DNA of 30,775 nucleotides from Tubiluchus corallicola (lineage: Eukaryota; Animalia; Priapulida), in contig JAQGDQ010002455.1 of the NCBI GenBank assembly GCA_030141605.1, positions 1 through 30,775 on the forward strand. Direction: 5' to 3'. Shown here one piece after another: positions 26,789-30,775 of this stretch (positions within the stretch are counted from its first letter, which is position 1; each line of letters opens with the position of its first letter). A program made the position numbers and the translations under genes. Under the pieces are notes generated by a model. The model saw nothing but the letters and a program-made list of their open reading frames with translations, had not been told where the DNA came from and searched no databases.

Positions 26789-29128
26789 ATGAGTGGAGAT
26801 AATTTGGTTATAGTTGAGTCGCCTGCAAAGGCACAGACAGTAGAAAAGTTTTTGGGTGATGGGTTTTTAGTAAAGTCTAGTTTTGGCCATATTCGTGATC
26901 TTGATAAAAAGGGTTTTGGTGTTGATATTAAGAATAAGTATAAGCCAAGCTATATTGTTCCCAGTGATAAGAAAAAGGTTGTTAGTGAGCTGAAGAAGCT
27001 TGCCAAGTCTGCTGTCAAGGTATGGCTTGCATCTGATGAAGACCGTGAAGGTGAGGCTATTGCGTGGCATCTTACAGAGGTGCTGGGTTTAGAAGAAAGC
27101 AAGGTTAATCGTATTGTTTTTCATGAGATCACAAAAGATGCCATTCAAAATGCTGTGAAGACTCCTCGCCAGCTCAATAAGAATCTTGTTGATGCGCAGC
27201 AGGCGCGCAGAGTACTTGACCGTCTTGTTGGTTTTGAGATATCACCGGTGTTGTGGCGAAAGGTGAAGCCGTCTCTTTCTGCTGGTCGTGTTCAGTCTGT
27301 TGCGGTGCGCTTAATTGTTGAGAGAGAGCGGGAAATAAACAGGTTTAAGAGCACGTCATCTTTTCGTGTGGTTGCGGAGTTTGATGTAAATAATGGTCAG
27401 GGGAAGGCTGTAATTTTAAAAGCGGAGCTTTCAAAGCGTTTTAGTACAGCAGATGAGGTTCGTGCTTTCCTTGAGAAGTGCAAGAGTGCCAAGTTTGAGG
27501 TTAGCGACATAGTGAAAAAGCCATCAAAGAAGTCGCCTTCTCCCCCTTTTATTACATCTACGCTTCAGCAGGAAGCAAGCAGAAAGCTTGGGTTTCCTGT
27601 TGGGATGACCATGTCTGTTGCACAAAAGCTGTATGAGGCAGGTAAGATAACTTATATGCGTACTGATTCTACGACCCTTTCGGAGTTGGCAGTGAAAGCT
27701 GCTAAAAAGAAGGTGGAAGAGTTATATGGCAGCAACTATTTTAGATATCGCAAGTTTAAAACGAAAGCGAAAGGTGCACAGGAGGCGCATGAAGCTATTC
27801 GTCCAACGGATATTGGGCAAGAGCAGGTTGGTGGCACTTCGCAGGAGCAGAGGTTGTATCGCCTTATATGGAAGCGTGCGGTTGCTTCTCAGATGGCTGA
27901 TGCAAAGTTAGAAAAGACAACTGTTAGTATTAATATATCAAATTCGGATGAAACTTTTGTTGCCGTTGGGGAGGTGCTAAAGTTTGATGGCTTTTTAAGT
28001 GTTTACTCCGAGTCTTCTGATAATGATAATGTTGGTGCAGAGGAGAAGAGTGGTCTACTGCCTCCTTTGAATATTTCTCAGGAGTTGAGCCGAGTTATTA
28101 TAGAGGCAAATCAGCGCTTTTCCCAAAAGCCTTCGAGATATACAGAGGCTAGCCTTGTACGCAAGCTGGAAGAGTTGGGAATTGGGCGCCCGTCTACATA
28201 CGCCCCTACTATTACAACTATCCAGCATCGCAAGTATGTTGTTAAAGAGGATAGGCCGGGGGTTGAGCGAAAATATTATTCGTTAACTCTTAGTGAGTCT
28301 GATATTAAGGAAAAGGAGAAGTCAGAGGTTACGGGTGCAGAAAAGGCCAAGCTTTTTCCAACAGATGTTGGCATGGTAGTGAATGATTTTTTGTTGAAAT
28401 ATTTTGCTCCTATTGTTGATTATAGTTTTACTGCTTCTGTAGAGAAAGAGTTTGATGAGATAGCTATGGGTAATATGGTGTGGTATGAAATGATAGATAG
28501 GTTTTATCATCCATTCCACGAAAAAATAGAAAATGCTTTGAGTGTTGGCGAGCGCTCGACAGGTGAGCGTGTTTTGGGAGAAGATCCTGTAACCGGCAAG
28601 CCTGTATCTGTTAAAATAGGGCGCTATGGAGCTTTTGCCCAGTTAGGGAAGATTTCGGAAGATGAGGAAGAGAAGCCGCGACTTGCTAATTTGCGTGCGG
28701 GGCAGAGCATTGAGACTATTTCTCTTGAGGAGGCGCTTGAACTTTTTAAGCTTCCACGTGAAGTTGGGGAGTACGAAGATAAGAAGGTGGTAATAGGTAT
28801 AGGGCGCTTTGGCCCTTATATCAGGCATGACGGTAAGTTTACTTCGTTGAAGAAAGATGAGGATGATCCTTTTACGATAGATTTAAATAGGTCTATAGAG
28901 CTTATTGAGGAGAAAAGGGAAAAGGACAGGAAAGCTATAATAAAGGTTTTTGATGTTGATCCTGAGATAAAGATATTACATGGTCGATGGGGTCCATATA
29001 TTTCCTGTGACAAGAAGAATTATAAGATTCCGAAGTCTACCGATGCGGAGAGCCTTACTCTTGAGGATTGCAAGAAGATAATTGATAAAGGGCCGGCACC
29101 TCGAAGGGGCGCAAAGAGGAAATCGTAG
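26789..29128 (+). CDS. topA: DNA topoisomerase I
   Basis: TOPRIM LVIVESPAK and ASDEDREGE, SAGRVQS, catalytic ITYMRTD, GIGRPSTY and C-terminal GRYG/GRFG repeats. Confidence 0.98.
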   Translation: MSGDNLVIVESPAKAQTVEKFLGDGFLVKSSFGHIRDLDKKGFGVDIKNKYKPSYIVPSDKKKVVSELKKLAKSAVKVWLASDEDREGEAIAWHLTEVLGLEESKVNRIVFHEITKDAIQNAVKTPRQLNKNLVDAQQARRVLDRLVGFEISPVLWRKVKPSLSAGRVQSVAVRLIVEREREINRFKSTSSFRVVAEFDVNNGQGKAVILKAELSKRFSTADEVRAFLEKCKSAKFEVSDIVKKPSKKSPSPPFITSTLQQEASRKLGFPVGMTMSVAQKLYEAGKITYMRTDSTTLSELAVKAAKKKVEELYGSNYFRYRKFKTKAKGAQEAHEAIRPTDIGQEQVGGTSQEQRLYRLIWKRAVASQMADAKLEKTTVSINISNSDETFVAVGEVLKFDGFLSVYSESSDNDNVGAEEKSGLLPPLNISQELSRVIIEANQRFSQKPSRYTEASLVRKLEELGIGRPSTYAPTITTIQHRKYVVKEDRPGVERKYYSLTLSESDIKEKEKSEVTGAEKAKLFPTDVGMVVNDFLLKYFAPIVDYSFTASVEKEFDEIAMGNMVWYEMIDRFYHPFHEKIENALSVGERSTGERVLGEDPVTGKPVSVKIGRYGAFAQLGKISEDEEEKPRLANLRAGQSIETISLEEALELFKLPREVGEYEDKKVVIGIGRFGPYIRHDGKFTSLKKDEDDPFTIDLNRSIELIEEKREKDRKAIIKVFDVDPEIKILHGRWGPYISCDKKNYKIPKSTDAESLTLEDCKKIIDKGPAPRRGAKRKS

Positions 29129-29207
29129 CCAGGTGATATGTTATTATTTGGTTCTTAATGCCTTTTTGTAGAGTTATTGTTTAAATATTTATCGATACTA
29201 GTATATT

Positions 29208-30365
29208 TTGTTATGCATGGTTGAGGAACTGATATCTTCCTGTGATGGCACTGGTGTAGTAAATCAATTACCTCATGGTATTCACACTTTGGGTAGGGTG
29301 GTAAAGAGAGGTTTTGCCAACTTCAATGAGGGGTCTACAAAGTTATTGATTTTAGGGGTACCCGAAAGCAGGGGGTCGGAGCATAGTGATTTTGATAACG
29401 GTCCTGATGCTATTCGCTCGTTATTGTATGGTTTAAGTGTGCCTGATCCTGATATAGAGATTTGTGATTTGGGAAATCTGAAGAGGGGCCGGACATTGAA
29501 TGATACATATGCAGCGCTCAGGGTTGTATGTGAGGAGTTGACCCAGAAGAGCGTGCCTGTGCTGGTTCTTGGTGGCAGCCAGGATCTAACATTACCTCTT
29601 GTGTCCGGACAGGGCTTGTCATGCAGGCATGTGTTGACTATTGACGATATGATTGATTATTCAGAGGAGGAGGAGTGCCCCAAGGACAAGCGGTTTATAA
29701 GTAGTATTCCTCCCGGTGTAGAGTTGAGCATTATGGCTTGTCAATCATATTTTATGGATTATAAACCCCTGGAGCAAATTTTTGATGAGCGGGCGGGAGA
29801 GGTGATAAGGCTTGGATCTATACGTGATGATATAATTGAGTGTGAACCTATACTCAGAGATGCTAGTATTGTTAGCCTTGATTATTCGGCAATGAGAGCG
29901 TGTGATGCTCCTGGACAGGTTACAGTTTCCCCCTGTGGCCTGAGCGGGGAGGAGCTTTGCCAGCTGACGTGGTATGCTGGGTTAAGCCCTTTAAGTAATA
30001 TATTTGGTATATTTGGGTATTCTCCCAAGCAGGATATGCATAAAACAGGAGCCATGTTGTGCGCTCAGGCAGCGTGGTACTATATGAAAGGGGTAGCCAA
30101 TAAAAAGGATAGCTATCCGGGATGTGACAGCCTTGAGTTTAACCATTACCATGTGGCTTCGGCGGAATTTGGGCATTCTGTGCTATTTTTGCAGCATAAG
30201 ATTTCAAAACGGTGGTGGATGGAGTGTTGTGTGGGGAGTGCAGAGAGGGGTGGAGCGGCTCAACAGTTTATTGCCTGTTCAGAGAAAGATTATAGGATGG
30301 CTTGTAAGGATAAGATGCCGGAAAAGTGGTGGAGAAGGTATGGGCCTGTGGATAGCAAAGATTGA
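29208..30365 (+). CDS. Arginase/formimidoylglutamase-fold protein with degenerate metal ligands
   Basis: GVPESRG, GPDAIR, DLGN, GGSQDLT, SPCGL and a C-terminal extension with RWW. The likely ATG start is at 29217. Confidence 0.8.
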   Translation: MLCMVEELISSCDGTGVVNQLPHGIHTLGRVVKRGFANFNEGSTKLLILGVPESRGSEHSDFDNGPDAIRSLLYGLSVPDPDIEICDLGNLKRGRTLNDTYAALRVVCEELTQKSVPVLVLGGSQDLTLPLVSGQGLSCRHVLTIDDMIDYSEEEECPKDKRFISSIPPGVELSIMACQSYFMDYKPLEQIFDERAGEVIRLGSIRDDIIECEPILRDASIVSLDYSAMRACDAPGQVTVSPCGLSGEELCQLTWYAGLSPLSNIFGIFGYSPKQDMHKTGAMLCAQAAWYYMKGVANKKDSYPGCDSLEFNHYHVASAEFGHSVLFLQHKISKRWWMECCVGSAERGGAAQQFIACSEKDYRMACKDKMPEKWWRRYGPVDSKD

Positions 30366-30391
30366 CATAAGTTTTAAGAGTAGGTATAATT

Positions 30392-30525
30392 AACACCTTG
30401 CAGAGCAAAAATTTGGTTCAGGTCGAGAAAAGTTCAATTGAGAAGCTCTTTGTCGGCACAGGTGATGATTTTAAGAGGGTTTTGGTTGAAAGTATTTAAT
30501 AAAAGAGGGGTCTTGCGAAGGTTTT
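30392..30525 (-). mobile_element. MITE-like element copy, reverse orientation
   Basis: Reverse complement reads AAAACCTTCGCAAGACCCCTCTTTTATTAAATAC...CTTTTCTCGACCTGAACCAAATTTTTGCTCTGCAAGGTGTT. Confidence 0.62.
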
Positions 30526-30590
30526 ATAAGTAGTTAGGGGATAAAAAATATCTATTTATTTTCAGTTGTAAGGAAATCGAAAAATAATTG

Positions 30591-30775
30591 ATGGATACTG
30601 GCTGTGTAAAGAGCGCTATACGAAAAACTGCCTTGCTATTATTTTCAGTTTCTGCGTGTTACTGTGTGCTGGCGCAGCAGGATCCGCAGTTTAGCCAAAA
30701 CATGGTGAATCATCAAACAGTGAATTCAGGCTTTGCAGGAAGTGGCGATGCTGTACGTGTCTCCTTAATTAACAG
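30591..30775 (+). CDS. PorP/SprF-family type IX secretion system membrane protein (5' part; runs off window)
   Basis: Translated by hand: signal peptide, then AQQDPQFSQNMVNHQTVNSGFAGS, the N-terminal signature of PorP/SprF. Confidence 0.85.
   Translation, partial: MDTGCVKSAIRKTALLLFSVSACYCVLAQQDPQFSQNMVNHQTVNSGFAGSGDAVRVSLIN

Noticed and set aside
1-30775. tRNA/rRNA genes, prophage genes or an alternative genetic code
   Set aside because: No such signatures were seen, and all conserved genes translate full-length with the standard bacterial code.

Overview
A Bacteroidota (probably Bacteroidales/Marinilabiliales-like) chromosomal segment made mostly of housekeeping genes: dnaE (3' part), trxA, queA-truB-uppP-DUF3098-ftsX, a YfhO-type membrane protein, rnr, hisGDCB, pheS, a FabH-like KAS III, lpxH, a lone TolC, an OsmC-family gene, topA, an arginase-fold protein and the start of a PorP/SprF gene. 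The unusual content is non-coding. (1) A tandem array of about 244-262-bp units at 20050-21000 carries an unannotated 31-43-aa minus-strand ORF in each copy. The copies differ by synonymous changes, and an IS256 element with an 8-bp target duplication has inserted into the end copy. (2) About 11 diverged copies of a 105-145-bp MITE-like element with IS5-type (GAGACCTTTGCAAA-like) ends occupy many intergenic gaps. (3) A decayed integron-cassette-like islet at 6540-8820 has attC-like boundaries and no integrase. (4) The his leader peptide has lost its His run. (5) A 63/64-bp tandem duplication with a frame-restoring deletion extends the DUF3098 gene. All alignments were done by eye and family assignments come from motif recognition, not database searches.
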